A stretch of DNA of 64,000 nt from the NCBI GenBank assembly GCA_029261155.1, contig JAJDBW010000029.1, positions 1 to 64,000 on the forward strand, written 5' to 3'. The translations under genes and the position numbers were made by a program. Below are positions 18,755-27,951 of the stretch, one piece after another. Position 1 is the stretch's first letter; each line of letters opens with the position of its first letter. The notes below the pieces were generated by a model that worked only from the letters and a program-made list of their open reading frames with translations, did not search any database and had not been told where the DNA came from. This stretch comes from Nitrospirota bacterium. GTDB taxonomy: Bacteria > Nitrospirota > Nitrospiria > SBBL01 > JAADHI01.

Positions 18755-19693
18755 ATGAAAAAGTTAAAGCTTTTTTCCGGAAATTCGAATCCGGTCCTTG
18801 CGAAGGAAATCTGCGATTATCTCGGCATTTCACTCGGTCAGGCGACCGTCTCCACCTTTAGCGATGGCGAGATTTACGTCAAAATAAAAGAAAATGTCCG
18901 CGGCAACCCCGTCTTCGTCATCCAGTCCTTCTCCGACCCTGTGAACACCAACTTAATTGAACTTTTAATCATCATCGATGCCTTAAAGCGCGCCTCGGCA
19001 AAAGAAATTACGGCCGTTATTCCCTACTATGGCTATGCACGTCAGGACCGCAAAGATCAGCCACGTGTCCCCATCACAGCCAAACTCGTCGCCGACCTGG
19101 TTGCCGTTGCGGGAGCGCATCGGGTTTTGACCACCGATCTGCATACCGGCCAGATCCAGGGCTTTTTTAACGTCCCCGTCGATCATCTCTACGCCAGCCC
19201 GGTCTTGCTCGACTATTTCAAAAAAAAGCAATTTGACGACCTGGTTGTCGTCTCGCCGGATGCCGGCGGCGTCGAACGCGCCCGGGCCTTCGCGAAACGC
19301 ATGAAGGTCGGCTTGGCGATCATCGACAAGCGGCGAGAAGGCCCGAATCAGACCAAGATTATGAATATTATCGGTGAGGTCGTCGATCACGATATCCTTA
19401 TCCTTGACGATATGATCGATACGGCAGGAACCATCAGCCAAGCCGCGACGGCGATTAAAGAAAAAGGCGCGCGGCGCATCCTCGTCGGTTGCACGCATCC
19501 GGTCTTTTCCGGTCCCGCAATCGAACGACTGATGGAAGCCCCCATCGATGAGATTGTCGTCACCAATACCATTCCACTTACTGCAGCAGGAAGCGCGTGC
19601 AAAAAAGTCACCGTCTTATCTGTCGCGTCTTTATTGGGCGAAGCGATTAAACGTATTAATGAAGAATTATCGGTGACCTCGCTCTTTGCATAA
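18755..19693 (+). CDS. prs: Ribose-phosphate pyrophosphokinase
   Basis: Has MKKLKLFSGNSNP…, the PRPP-binding loop DLHTGQIQGFF, and DDMIDTAGT. Confidence 0.95.
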   Translation: MKKLKLFSGNSNPVLAKEICDYLGISLGQATVSTFSDGEIYVKIKENVRGNPVFVIQSFSDPVNTNLIELLIIIDALKRASAKEITAVIPYYGYARQDRKDQPRVPITAKLVADLVAVAGAHRVLTTDLHTGQIQGFFNVPVDHLYASPVLLDYFKKKQFDDLVVVSPDAGGVERARAFAKRMKVGLAIIDKRREGPNQTKIMNIIGEVVDHDILILDDMIDTAGTISQAATAIKEKGARRILVGCTHPVFSGPAIERLMEAPIDEIVVTNTIPLTAAGSACKKVTVLSVASLLGEAIKRINEELSVTSLFA

Positions 19694-19768
19694 GGAGACA
19701 AAGGCCCCTCGGCCTTTAAGAACCGAAACAGAAAATCGAATTTTGTATCAATTTAATGGAGAAACAAC

Positions 19769-20479
19769 ATGGAAAAAATAGAAATTCACGGGCAATATCG
19801 CAATAATTCAGGCAAAGGGGTTGCACGTCAACTCAGGAGAGATGGAAAAGTTCCTGCGGTGATTTATAGCAAGGGGAGTTCAAAACCGCTCACCCTAAAC
19901 CCGAAGGAAGTTGATGCGGTTCGCCATTCCAGTGCCGGTGAAAATGCCATGGTCAATTTAAAGGTATTTGACGAAAATCAGAAGGAGATCGCAAGCCATG
20001 TGGCCATCCTTCGCGACTTTCAAAAAGACCCGCTGACCGGAAAAGTTCTCCATGCCGACCTTTTTGAAATTTCCATGTCGGACGAAATCGACGTGAACGT
20101 GGTCATCGAAATTATCGGCTCCGTTCCCCTGGGTGTAAAAAATGACGGCGGCTCATTAAGGCAGCAGCTTCGAGAATTGGAGGTCCGATGCCTCCCCTCC
20201 GACATCCCAGATCATATTCAGGTTGACGCGTCGAACTTGGAGATTGGCGACACCATCCATGTGAAAGACCTCTCCCTGCCTACGGGCGTTAAAGTGCTTG
20301 ATTCGGAAGACTTGGCCGTGGTTTCCGTGAGCGCCGCCATCTCGGAAGAAAAGCTCGAAGAATTGTTGACCGCCACGCCGGAAGAAGGGAAGGTCCCTGA
20401 AGTTACCGCCCAGAAACCCGAAGGGGAAGGGGAAGAGGAAGAAAAGAAAGACGCCAAAGAAACGAAGGAACAGAAATAA
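19769..20479 (+). CDS. rplY: 50S ribosomal protein L25 / general stress protein Ctc
   Basis: Has an L25/Ctc N-domain with an acidic, Glu/Lys-rich C-terminal extension. It sits in the conserved position between prs and pth. Confidence 0.88.
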   Translation: MEKIEIHGQYRNNSGKGVARQLRRDGKVPAVIYSKGSSKPLTLNPKEVDAVRHSSAGENAMVNLKVFDENQKEIASHVAILRDFQKDPLTGKVLHADLFEISMSDEIDVNVVIEIIGSVPLGVKNDGGSLRQQLRELEVRCLPSDIPDHIQVDASNLEIGDTIHVKDLSLPTGVKVLDSEDLAVVSVSAAISEEKLEELLTATPEEGKVPEVTAQKPEGEGEEEEKKDAKETKEQK

Positions 20480-20521
20480 GCCTGGGACACGCATGCCTAA
20501 TGCCCTTCTTCATAGTGCGGC

Positions 20522-21100
20522 ATGAAACTCATCGTCGGCCTAGGCAACCCCGGAAGGCCCTATGAGGCCACCCGGCACAATCTGGGTTTTTGGGTTATCG
20601 ATGCCTTCGCACACAAGCAAGATCTAACGTTCTCGGCAAAAAAAGGAGAGGCGCTCACCAGCCGGGGACACTGGCCGCATTCCGACGGCGCCATCGACTA
20701 TCTCCTCGCCAAACCGCAAACCTTCATGAACCGCTCCGGACGTTCGGTTCGCTTGCTTCTCGACTATTATAAAATTCCGATCTCGGATTTCATTCTCGTC
20801 TACGACGATGTCGACATGGATTGCGGACGGATCCGCATTCGGAAAAAAGGGCGCGCGGGCGGACATCGGGGCGTGGAATCTGTAATCACCGAGATCGGAT
20901 CGGATACCTTTGTCCGTCTGAAAATCGGAATCGGAAAAGACGCCTTAAAAGAAACCTCGGATCATGTCCTTTCGAATTTCCGCGCGGACGAAAAACAAAT
21001 CATGGAAGACGCCGTCGATCAGAGCCTCAGCCTGCTTCCCCTTTTGATCGAAGGGCGGATCGACGAAGCCATGAATCGGATTCCCAATAACCTAGGTTAA
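20522..21100 (+). CDS. pth: Peptidyl-tRNA hydrolase
   Basis: Carries MKLIVGLGNPG…TRHN.GF and the catalytic His/Asp. Confidence 0.93.
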   Translation: MKLIVGLGNPGRPYEATRHNLGFWVIDAFAHKQDLTFSAKKGEALTSRGHWPHSDGAIDYLLAKPQTFMNRSGRSVRLLLDYYKIPISDFILVYDDVDMDCGRIRIRKKGRAGGHRGVESVITEIGSDTFVRLKIGIGKDALKETSDHVLSNFRADEKQIMEDAVDQSLSLLPLLIEGRIDEAMNRIPNNLG

Positions 21101-21104
21101 CACG

Positions 21105-22199
21105 ATGGCAACGCAATGCGGCATTATCGGCCTCCCCAACGTCGGCAAATCGACGATCTTTAACGCCCTCACACAGGCCGAAGCCGAAACCGCCAACTAT
21201 CCCTTTTGCACCGTGGACCCCAACACGGGCATCGTCAGCGTCCCCGATCCCCGTATCGATTTTTTAACGGCACACTACCACCCCAAAAAAACGACGCCCA
21301 GCCACATGGCCTTTGTCGACATCGCCGGATTGGTCGCCGGGGCCAGCAAGGGCGAAGGGCTCGGCAATCAATTCCTAGGACATATTCGTGAAGTCGACGC
21401 CCTGGTCCACATCGTCCGCTGTTTCGACGATCCTGAAATCGTCCATGTCAACGGCAAGGTCGATCCGAAAAACGATGTCGAGCTCATCACCACCGAATTA
21501 ATTCTCAAAGACCTCGACACCGTCGAGAAGCGTTTGCACAAATCGGGTAAAAAAGCGCGATCGGGCGAAAAAGAGGCCAAACGGGAAGAGGCCCTTTTAA
21601 ACCGAGTGAAGGAGAGCCTGACGAAGGGAATCAGCGCGCGCAGCCTGTCTTTGTCGACCGACGAACAGGCCCTGATGAAAGAACTGTCGCTTTTGACCCA
21701 AAAACCGATTCTCTATGTCGGCAATGTTCCCGAAGGCGACATCGAAAAAGGCAACGCCTTCTCGGAGGCCCTGGAGGCTTTGGCTGCCGCGGAAGGCGCG
21801 GAGTCTCTCATCATTAGTGGAAAAATCGAATCGGAAATCGCCACCCTCCCACCGGAAGAAGGCGCCCTCTTTCTGGAAGAGCTGGGTTTGAAAGAAACCG
21901 GCCTGGCCCGCCTCATCCGCGCCTCTTATAAAATGCTGGGCCTCCTGACCTTCTTCACCGTCGGCGAAGACGAGGTCAAAGGCTGGACCTTAAATGAAGG
22001 CACATCGGCGGTAGACGCGGCGGGGAAAATCCATTCCGACATCGCGCGCGGTTTTATCCGCGCCGAAATTTTTCGCTATCAAGATCTCGTCGAACAAGGC
22101 CACGCACAGGCGATTAAGGAAAAAGGCTTGCTTCGTTTAGAAGGAAAAGACTATCGCGTGCAAGACGGGGATTGTATCTATTTTCGATTTAATGTCTGA
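21105..22199 (+). CDS. ychF: Ribosome-binding ATPase YchF
   Basis: Has the Obg-type G domain ([12 protein letters not shown]) and a C-terminal TGS domain. Confidence 0.95.
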   Translation: MATQCGIIGLPNVGKSTIFNALTQAEAETANYPFCTVDPNTGIVSVPDPRIDFLTAHYHPKKTTPSHMAFVDIAGLVAGASKGEGLGNQFLGHIREVDALVHIVRCFDDPEIVHVNGKVDPKNDVELITTELILKDLDTVEKRLHKSGKKARSGEKEAKREEALLNRVKESLTKGISARSLSLSTDEQALMKELSLLTQKPILYVGNVPEGDIEKGNAFSEALEALAAAEGAESLIISGKIESEIATLPPEEGALFLEELGLKETGLARLIRASYKMLGLLTFFTVGEDEVKGWTLNEGTSAVDAAGKIHSDIARGFIRAEIFRYQDLVEQGHAQAIKEKGLLRLEGKDYRVQDGDCIYFRFNV

Positions 22200-22291
22200 G
22201 CCCCAGCGGTAAAACGTCTTCGACCTTCCACTTCCTTCTTTCGTCCATCACGACCCCATCGATTTACGGATTTAATCCAATCGGCTTATCG

Positions 22292-22801
22292 TTATGACTT
22301 TTTCTTAGCCGATTTTCTTTTCCGCTTCTTGCTTTTCTTCGGCTCCAGCAAGGTGCCTCGGCAATGCGCCGAGCCGCAACGGCAAGGATAGCGTTTCTCG
22401 ATGTCGCCTTCGTCGTCTTCAACGCGGTGTAGACTGTAGTCATAACACAGCTCCTCTCCCGCTTGGATGGTTCGAATCGCTTCGATGAAGATCCTTTTGT
22501 TTTCTTCGATGGCCTCACAATTGGGATCGCAGGAATGGTTAATGTATCGCGCCTCGTTGCTATTCACGCCGCCGTCAATGACCGTTTTTTTATCGACGGT
22601 AAACAGGAGCACGTGCGCCTGCTCTCCCTGATCGTCGTCATAACGTGAATCGCCCTCCGCCGTCGAGATCCGCTCGCCTTGATATTCGATAATTCGCGTG
22701 CCCTTGCGGATCTTCCGTGCAGCAAAGACTCCACGGCCGCTAATACGTGACTTCCGGAGCTTAAATAAAGGTTCCGCTTTCTTTTTTGTCATCCGTCTCA
22801 T
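22292..22801 (-). CDS. SET-domain protein-lysine methyltransferase-like protein with polybasic C-terminal tail
   Basis: The SET core carries RGVFAARKI…IEYQGE…, NHSCDPN and ELCYDY. A post-SET Cys cluster (CRCGSAHCRG) follows. The tail is KKSKKRKRKSAKKKS. Confidence 0.8.
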   Translation of the reverse strand: MRRMTKKKAEPLFKLRKSRISGRGVFAARKIRKGTRIIEYQGERISTAEGDSRYDDDQGEQAHVLLFTVDKKTVIDGGVNSNEARYINHSCDPNCEAIEENKRIFIEAIRTIQAGEELCYDYSLHRVEDDEGDIEKRYPCRCGSAHCRGTLLEPKKSKKRKRKSAKKKS

Positions 22802-23053
22802 CCCTCATTCAACAACGCCTAGGCTTGCGCTCTAATGGCGATTGGGTTTAAAGAAAAAATCGATTCGCGGTTTGAAAAACGCCAAGGCGCTTTGCGGAGC
22901 TCAAGATACCAAAAAGGGACCCTAGGATGCGACAGGAAAACGCCGGGCCGCCCTTCACAAGACCATGATTTCCGCTATACTGATAACAAGTCTTTTAAAA
23001 CTTGCCGAGCAGTAAGGCCTTCGTATCCTTATCAACTCCCGGGAGAAAATCGT

Positions 23054-24205
23054 ATGGGCACAAATAACTTAATTTTTTTGGAGAATATCGAATGGCTTGA
23101 TACCACAGGTCAAGGGATCGTACACCGGATTCCAGAGGGCGGGTCCGGCGAAATTAAATACGGCGCGCAATTGACGGTGCGAGAAAGCCAGGCCGCCGTG
23201 TTTTTTTATCAGGGCAAGGCCATCGACGCCTTTGCCGCCGGACGCCATACCTTGAAAACGGCCAACATTCCCATCTTAACGAAGATCCTCAGCCTGCCTT
23301 GGGCGATGTCGAGTCCGCTGCGCGCCGAGGTCTACTTCGTCAACATGAAACTCTTCACCAACCTGAAATGGGGCACGAAAAATCCCGTCGCCTTTAAGGA
23401 CTCCAAACTAGGCCTCGTACGTTTGCGGGCCTTCGGGGTGTATAACTTCCGGGTGACGCAGCCGATTCTCTTCATCAACAATCTCGTCGGCACCCAAGGC
23501 GTCTTCAACACGGACGACATCGAAGAATTTTTAAGCCGGGTGCTGGTTTCGCGTTTCAACGACCACCTCGGCGAAAACTTGGACTCGCTCTTGGAGCTAC
23601 CCGGAAAATACGACGAACTCTCCAAGGGCCTCATGGAACGGCTTCAGGACGATTTCAGCCACTACGGCCTGGGACTCACGCAGCTCTACATCTCTTCCAT
23701 CACACCGCCGCAAGAGGTCCAGAAGGCGATCGACGATAAAAGCCGGATGAGCGTCTTCGACGATTTGGACAAGCTTTTAAAAATGAAGGCGGCGATGGCG
23801 GTTGAGAAAGCCTCCGAGCAACAGGGCGAGGCGGGTGCGGGTTTGGGCATGGGTATGGGTATGATGATGCCTGCGATGTTCGCGCAACACCTAGGCGGAC
23901 AAGGCAATGGCGGCGGAAACGGCACCAGCGGCGCGCCCACCGCGCCATCGAAAGATGGACCCAAGTGCCCGGACTGCGCCCACGGCCTTTCACCCGAAGC
24001 CAAATTCTGCCCCATGTGCGGACATCAGATCGTGATCTTCCAACAATGCCAAGACTGCGGGAAAAACCTGCCGCCCAACGCCCAATTCTGCTCGAAATGC
24101 GGGACCAAGGTTGCGGCGGCACCCCACATGAAAACCTGCGGCGGCTGCGGAACCGAAAACCTACACGAGGCGGTTTTCTGCAACCAGTGCGGCGAACGGC
24201 TCTAA
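23054..24205 (+). CDS. SPFH/Band-7-like (YdjI-type) protein fused to a C-terminal triple zinc-ribbon
   Basis: The N-terminal ~280 aa matches the Band_7_1/SPFH (YdjI-like) family. A Gly/Met-rich linker follows. Then come three CxxC…CxxC zinc-ribbon repeats (CPDCAHG…CPMCG; CQDCGK…CSKCG; CGGCG…CNQCG). The start is taken at the ATG with SD GGGAGAA. The track ORF starts 219 nt upstream. Confidence 0.75.
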   Translation: MGTNNLIFLENIEWLDTTGQGIVHRIPEGGSGEIKYGAQLTVRESQAAVFFYQGKAIDAFAAGRHTLKTANIPILTKILSLPWAMSSPLRAEVYFVNMKLFTNLKWGTKNPVAFKDSKLGLVRLRAFGVYNFRVTQPILFINNLVGTQGVFNTDDIEEFLSRVLVSRFNDHLGENLDSLLELPGKYDELSKGLMERLQDDFSHYGLGLTQLYISSITPPQEVQKAIDDKSRMSVFDDLDKLLKMKAAMAVEKASEQQGEAGAGLGMGMGMMMPAMFAQHLGGQGNGGGNGTSGAPTAPSKDGPKCPDCAHGLSPEAKFCPMCGHQIVIFQQCQDCGKNLPPNAQFCSKCGTKVAAAPHMKTCGGCGTENLHEAVFCNQCGERL

Positions 24206-24214
24206 GGCGCACCC

Positions 24215-25441
24215 TTGCAAGTCGAACACCCATGCCCGCAATGCGGCGGCCCCGTCACGCTGGAAGAAAGTGACCGCTTTCTCGAATGTGGTTTTTGTCG
24301 GGTTCGGCTCTATATTTTTTCGAAGGGTTCGCTCAGATATTTCCTGCCCCCAAAATCGAGGCCGGTCGATGAAAGCCTCTTCGTCCCCTATTGGCGATTC
24401 CGGGGCATGGTCTTTTCCATAGGGGCCTCGGACATTCAACACAAGGTCGTCGATGCCAGTTTCCGCGCCCGCGATGTGCACTCCCTGCCGCCTTCCCTGG
24501 GTTTTCGCGCACAAGCCCTGAAAATGAAATTCGCAAGCCCCGAAATCAAGACAGCATTTTTAGCTCCGCAATATGCCCTGAAGAGTGATCTTTCAAAGAT
24601 CGATGCGGTGGCGGATTTTCTCGGCAAGCCTACCGGAGGGGTCTTTCATCGCGCCTATCTCGGCGAAACCCTCAGCCTCATTTACGCACCAGTCTACATA
24701 AAAAACAACACACTCTTCGACGGCGTACTGGACAAAGCCCTGGGCGCGGCCGGACCCGAAATTGAAACCGCCCTCTCAGACCGGGAGGCGGATAGGGGCT
24801 GGGGCCTCCGCTTCGCCTCCGCCCTCTGCCCGAACTGCGGCTGGGATCTCTCCGGGGGACGAGAGAGCCTCGTCTTGTTTTGCGGCCATTGCGAAACGGC
24901 TTGGCAGGCTCAAGGGGCAGACTTTAAAAAAGTGGCGCTCGGGGTTTTGCCCAGCGAGGGCGGTGGCGAAGTTTATTTGCCTTTTTGGCGTGCGTCTGTG
25001 GAAATCAAGGGCTTGCAACTCGAAAGCTATGCCGATCTCGTCAAAGCCGCGAACCTCCCCAAGGCGATCCGGCCCGAATGGCATGAAAAACCGCTTCTAT
25101 TTTGGTCGCCCGCTTTTAAATCGCATCCTAAAATTTATTTGAGATTATGCAGTCAACTGACGACCTTACAGCCCGAAGCGGAGCCCGAAGCAGCGATGCC
25201 CAAGGCCACGATTTGCCCGGTGACCGTGGATGCGCAAGAGGCCTTCGAAAGCATCAAGGTCACGCTTGCGGAAACCTTGACTTCAAAAAAAACCCTGCTC
25301 CCTGCGCTCGACGCCCTGCCTGTGAAAGCCAAAGCGGCGACACTGGCCCTCATCCCCTTTCACTTGCGCGGCAGCGAACTCATCCAAAACGAGTTTAAGT
25401 TGAGCTTTCAGAAGCGCAGCGTGCATGGCCTGGAATTTTAG
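24215..25441 (+). CDS. Zinc-ribbon protein, YdjG-like (two CxxC…CxxC ribbons)
   Basis: Has CPQCGG…CGFC at the N-terminus and CPNCGW…CGHC mid-protein. It lies immediately downstream of the SPFH gene. The start is probably TTG at 24215. Confidence 0.55.
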   Translation: MQVEHPCPQCGGPVTLEESDRFLECGFCRVRLYIFSKGSLRYFLPPKSRPVDESLFVPYWRFRGMVFSIGASDIQHKVVDASFRARDVHSLPPSLGFRAQALKMKFASPEIKTAFLAPQYALKSDLSKIDAVADFLGKPTGGVFHRAYLGETLSLIYAPVYIKNNTLFDGVLDKALGAAGPEIETALSDREADRGWGLRFASALCPNCGWDLSGGRESLVLFCGHCETAWQAQGADFKKVALGVLPSEGGGEVYLPFWRASVEIKGLQLESYADLVKAANLPKAIRPEWHEKPLLFWSPAFKSHPKIYLRLCSQLTTLQPEAEPEAAMPKATICPVTVDAQEAFESIKVTLAETLTSKKTLLPALDALPVKAKAATLALIPFHLRGSELIQNEFKLSFQKRSVHGLEF

Positions 25442-25477
25442 GCGGGGCCCGATAGCCGCACCCTTGGAAAAAGGGAA

Positions 25478-25513
25478 CAAAAAAAGCGGGTGGAACCCTT
25501 GTCCCACCCGCTT
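25478..25513 (-). terminator. Rho-independent terminator for grxD (minus strand)
   Basis: Hairpin GCGGGTGG-aacccttgtc-CCACCCGC followed by a T7 run on the minus strand (AAAAAAA on the plus strand). Confidence 0.6.
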
Positions 25514-25531
25514 CGTCATCGAAACAGTCGC

Positions 25532-25873
25532 TTATTTTTCTTCGCCGCCGGCCGCGCCAAAGGCCTTGTCGAGCAAGGGTTTGACTTCGCCATTTCTTTC
25601 CATTTCGTCGAGGATGTCGGTATCTCCATAAAATTGACCGTCGATAAAGACCTTCGGCAGGGTCGGCCAATTGGTCATCTTCGACAGCGCCTCTCGTTTT
25701 TCCATATTCCGTAAGACATCGACGACCTCGAAGTCGTGGCCGTATTTATCGAAAAAGACGATGGTCTCTTTGGTGAATCCGCACATCGGCATGGACTTGG
25801 TGCCCTTGCCGTAAATTAGAATCTTATTTTTGGCGATTTCTGTTTTGATTTCCTCATCGATATTGTTTTCCAT
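25532..25873 (-). CDS. grxD: Monothiol glutaredoxin (Grx4 family)
   Basis: Carries the CGFT active site (KSMPMCGFTKETIVFF). Confidence 0.9.
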   Translation of the reverse strand: MENNIDEEIKTEIAKNKILIYGKGTKSMPMCGFTKETIVFFDKYGHDFEVVDVLRNMEKREALSKMTNWPTLPKVFIDGQFYGDTDILDEMERNGEVKPLLDKAFGAAGGEEK

Positions 25874-25914
25874 GGTTTCTCCTTAACAACTCATTTTCCG
25901 CTCTGCCCGAACGC

Positions 25915-26163
25915 TTAAGCGGATGCCGCTTCTTCCGGCGTTTGCGATTTAATCTCCAGGGCATGAATACGCCCATCTTTCATCGGTTCGTCCAGGGCCG
26001 CGTAAACAAAGCGCTGCCGATCAAGCAAGTTTTTCCCTTCGAAGGCCGTCGAGACGATCTGAACCTTGTAATGGTCCATGGTCCCTGTCCGATCAGTAAG
26101 CATCACCTCGGCATCGGGCATGGCCTTTTGGATATAACCGATTATTATGTCCTTACTAATCAT
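25915..26163 (-). CDS. bolA: BolA family protein
   Basis: An 82-aa BolA-like fold (…HYKVQIVS.AFEGK…). It is adjacent to grxD, the canonical Grx-BolA pair. Confidence 0.82.
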   Translation of the reverse strand: MISKDIIIGYIQKAMPDAEVMLTDRTGTMDHYKVQIVSTAFEGKNLLDRQRFVYAALDEPMKDGRIHALEIKSQTPEEAASA

Positions 26164-26325
26164 CGTGTCCTTCCTTTCTCGTCATTCTAGTTTTAAAAAG
26201 TATAACCCAGGCCCTTTCCAGTCGTAAAGGGGAAATGTCGTCCGGGGCATCCTAGCTAGGGAATAAGGACCGTCAAACGCGAACTAAAACTGACACCCAA
26301 AAGACTTCTCTGCTAAGATTGCAGC

Positions 26326-27579
26326 ATGATGCCTCCCCAGACAAAAACGGACATGGCCCAGCAAGCGCACAGCACGCGCTCTACCGCCAGACCGTCCTTG
26401 TTTAATTTGAACTTTTTTCTGCTTTTCATGGCCCATCTCTTCTTCGGCTTTGCCTTTTGGCCCTATGTTTTGCTGCCTGTATTTCTTCAAAATCTGGGAA
26501 GCGACCTCTCGAGCGTGGGAGTCATCATGGGGGCCGCCTCCGTTTCGGGCATTCTCATCCGTCCCTGGACCGGCGTCGCCCTCGAACGCATCGGGCGAAA
26601 ACGCTGCCTCTTGGTGGGTGGACTGATCTTTCTGGCCGCCCACTTTTTTTATCTCGCAATCGATGAGATCGGATGGTTCATCTATTTTGTTCGCTTCATC
26701 CACGGCCTGGGCATTGGGATGTTGTTTTCGACCTTTTTCACCCTTGCGGCCGATCTGTCGCCCGAAACCCGACGCACCGAAGGCATCGCCCTCTTCGGCG
26801 TTGCGGGGCATTTATCGGGCGCACTGGGCATTCCCTTGGGCGAGTGGATTATTAATCTGGCGGGATACCCAGGGCTCTTCAAGGCCTGCGCGGGCTTCAC
26901 CCTCTTGTTCATGGCTATTAGCCACTTCATCAAAACGCCAGCGGCCCTCGTGGGCAATCCGCAATTCGGCGCGAGACAATTTATGGAGATCGCCGCGCAG
27001 CGGTCCAATCGTATTCCCCTCGCCGTTACCGGCCTCTTTGCGGTCGGGCTGATCTCTTATATGACTTTTTTAAAACCCTACGCCCATGAACTCGGCATCG
27101 GGGTCTCAACCTTCTTCCTCGCTTACAGCCTCACTGCCGTCGCAGTGCGGCTGGTTGGTGGGACTTGGCCCGACCGCCTGGGTCTTATGCAGGTGCTCTA
27201 CCCCGCCCTGTTCTCCCTGTCGACGGGCATCACCCTCCTCGCCCTCTGGCCTTCGCCGAGTGGCCTCATTGTGAGCGGGGTGCTTTGCGGCATCGGCCAC
27301 GGTTTTATCTTTCCCATTTTATCGGTTTTACTGCTCAATCGCGGACCCGGCAGCGAACGCGGCACGCGCATGGCACTGTTCACCCTCTTTTTCGATATCG
27401 GCATCCTTGTCGGCGCACCCCTCTGGGGCCTGATGGCCGAAAGCTTCGGCTACACAGCTATGTTTTTCTTCTCCGCCGCCACCGTGCTCATCAGCGTGGG
27501 TGCCTTTGTCTTTATGGATCGCATCGATGCCCTGGTTCCCGCCCTGGATACGGAGAGACTCTCTCGCCTGAGGCGCTAG
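26326..27579 (+). CDS. MFS transporter
   Basis: Twelve predicted TM segments. Loop 2-3 carries the MFS-type motif (GVALERIGRKR). Confidence 0.8.
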   Translation: MMPPQTKTDMAQQAHSTRSTARPSLFNLNFFLLFMAHLFFGFAFWPYVLLPVFLQNLGSDLSSVGVIMGAASVSGILIRPWTGVALERIGRKRCLLVGGLIFLAAHFFYLAIDEIGWFIYFVRFIHGLGIGMLFSTFFTLAADLSPETRRTEGIALFGVAGHLSGALGIPLGEWIINLAGYPGLFKACAGFTLLFMAISHFIKTPAALVGNPQFGARQFMEIAAQRSNRIPLAVTGLFAVGLISYMTFLKPYAHELGIGVSTFFLAYSLTAVAVRLVGGTWPDRLGLMQVLYPALFSLSTGITLLALWPSPSGLIVSGVLCGIGHGFIFPILSVLLLNRGPGSERGTRMALFTLFFDIGILVGAPLWGLMAESFGYTAMFFFSAATVLISVGAFVFMDRIDALVPALDTERLSRLRR

Positions 27580-27616
27580 CCCGGCAGTGGCCCAGATCGC
27601 CATCGCAAGATTTAAA

Positions 27617-27645
27617 TTGATTCTTCCGATCCATCCTGCTATAAA
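27617..27645 (+). promoter_or_regulatory. Sigma70-type promoter (TTGATT, 17 nt spacer, TATAAA) driving the riboswitch-btuB transcript
   Basis: Near-consensus hexamers with a 17-nt spacer lie ~20 nt upstream of the riboswitch aptamer. Confidence 0.5.
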
Positions 27646-27664
27646 CGGAAAAATTAAATACGCT

Positions 27665-27945
27665 TCTCAGGTTAGCCCGCTTGATTGCCGGGCTTAAAAA
27701 GGGAATCCCGTGAAAATCGGGAGCGGTCCCGCCGCTGTATTGGGGGACGAAACCCACATCAATGCCACTGTCCGACACATTCGGACGGGAAGGCGTGGGG
27801 AGTAGGACGAACCCAAAGCCAGAAGACCTGCCTGTGGAAGATCATCACGAACTGTCTTCGAGGGATAAGACAACGGGATCGGCCACGCTGTCCCCATCTT
27901 CTTCCCAAGAAGCTGGGGATTTTTTTTGCTTTTTCAAAAAAAGAG
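27665..27945 (+). ncRNA. Cobalamin (AdoCbl) riboswitch with terminator expression platform
   Basis: The aptamer reads GGTTAGCC…GGCTTAAAAAGGGAATCCCGTGAAAATCGGGAGCGGTCCCGCCGCTGTA…GCCACTG…GGGAAGGC, which matches the B12-element consensus including the B12 box. The 3' hairpin is CCCCATCTTCTT-ccc-AAGAAGCTGGGG followed by T8 (27892..27929). Confidence 0.85.
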
Positions 27946-27951
27946 GGCCTG

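Noticed and set aside
22835-23053. Upstream extension of the SPFH ORF (MAIGFKEKIDSRF…)
   Set aside because: Band_7_1 homology starts at MGTNNLIF. That ATG has a GGGAGAA Shine-Dalgarno sequence. The extension spans the divergent intergenic region.
23700-24233. 177-aa minus-strand ORF
   Set aside because: Antisense to the zinc-ribbon tail of the SPFH gene. Arg-rich.
26284-26811. 175-aa minus-strand ORF
   Set aside because: Antisense to the MFS transporter gene and its promoter region. No motifs.
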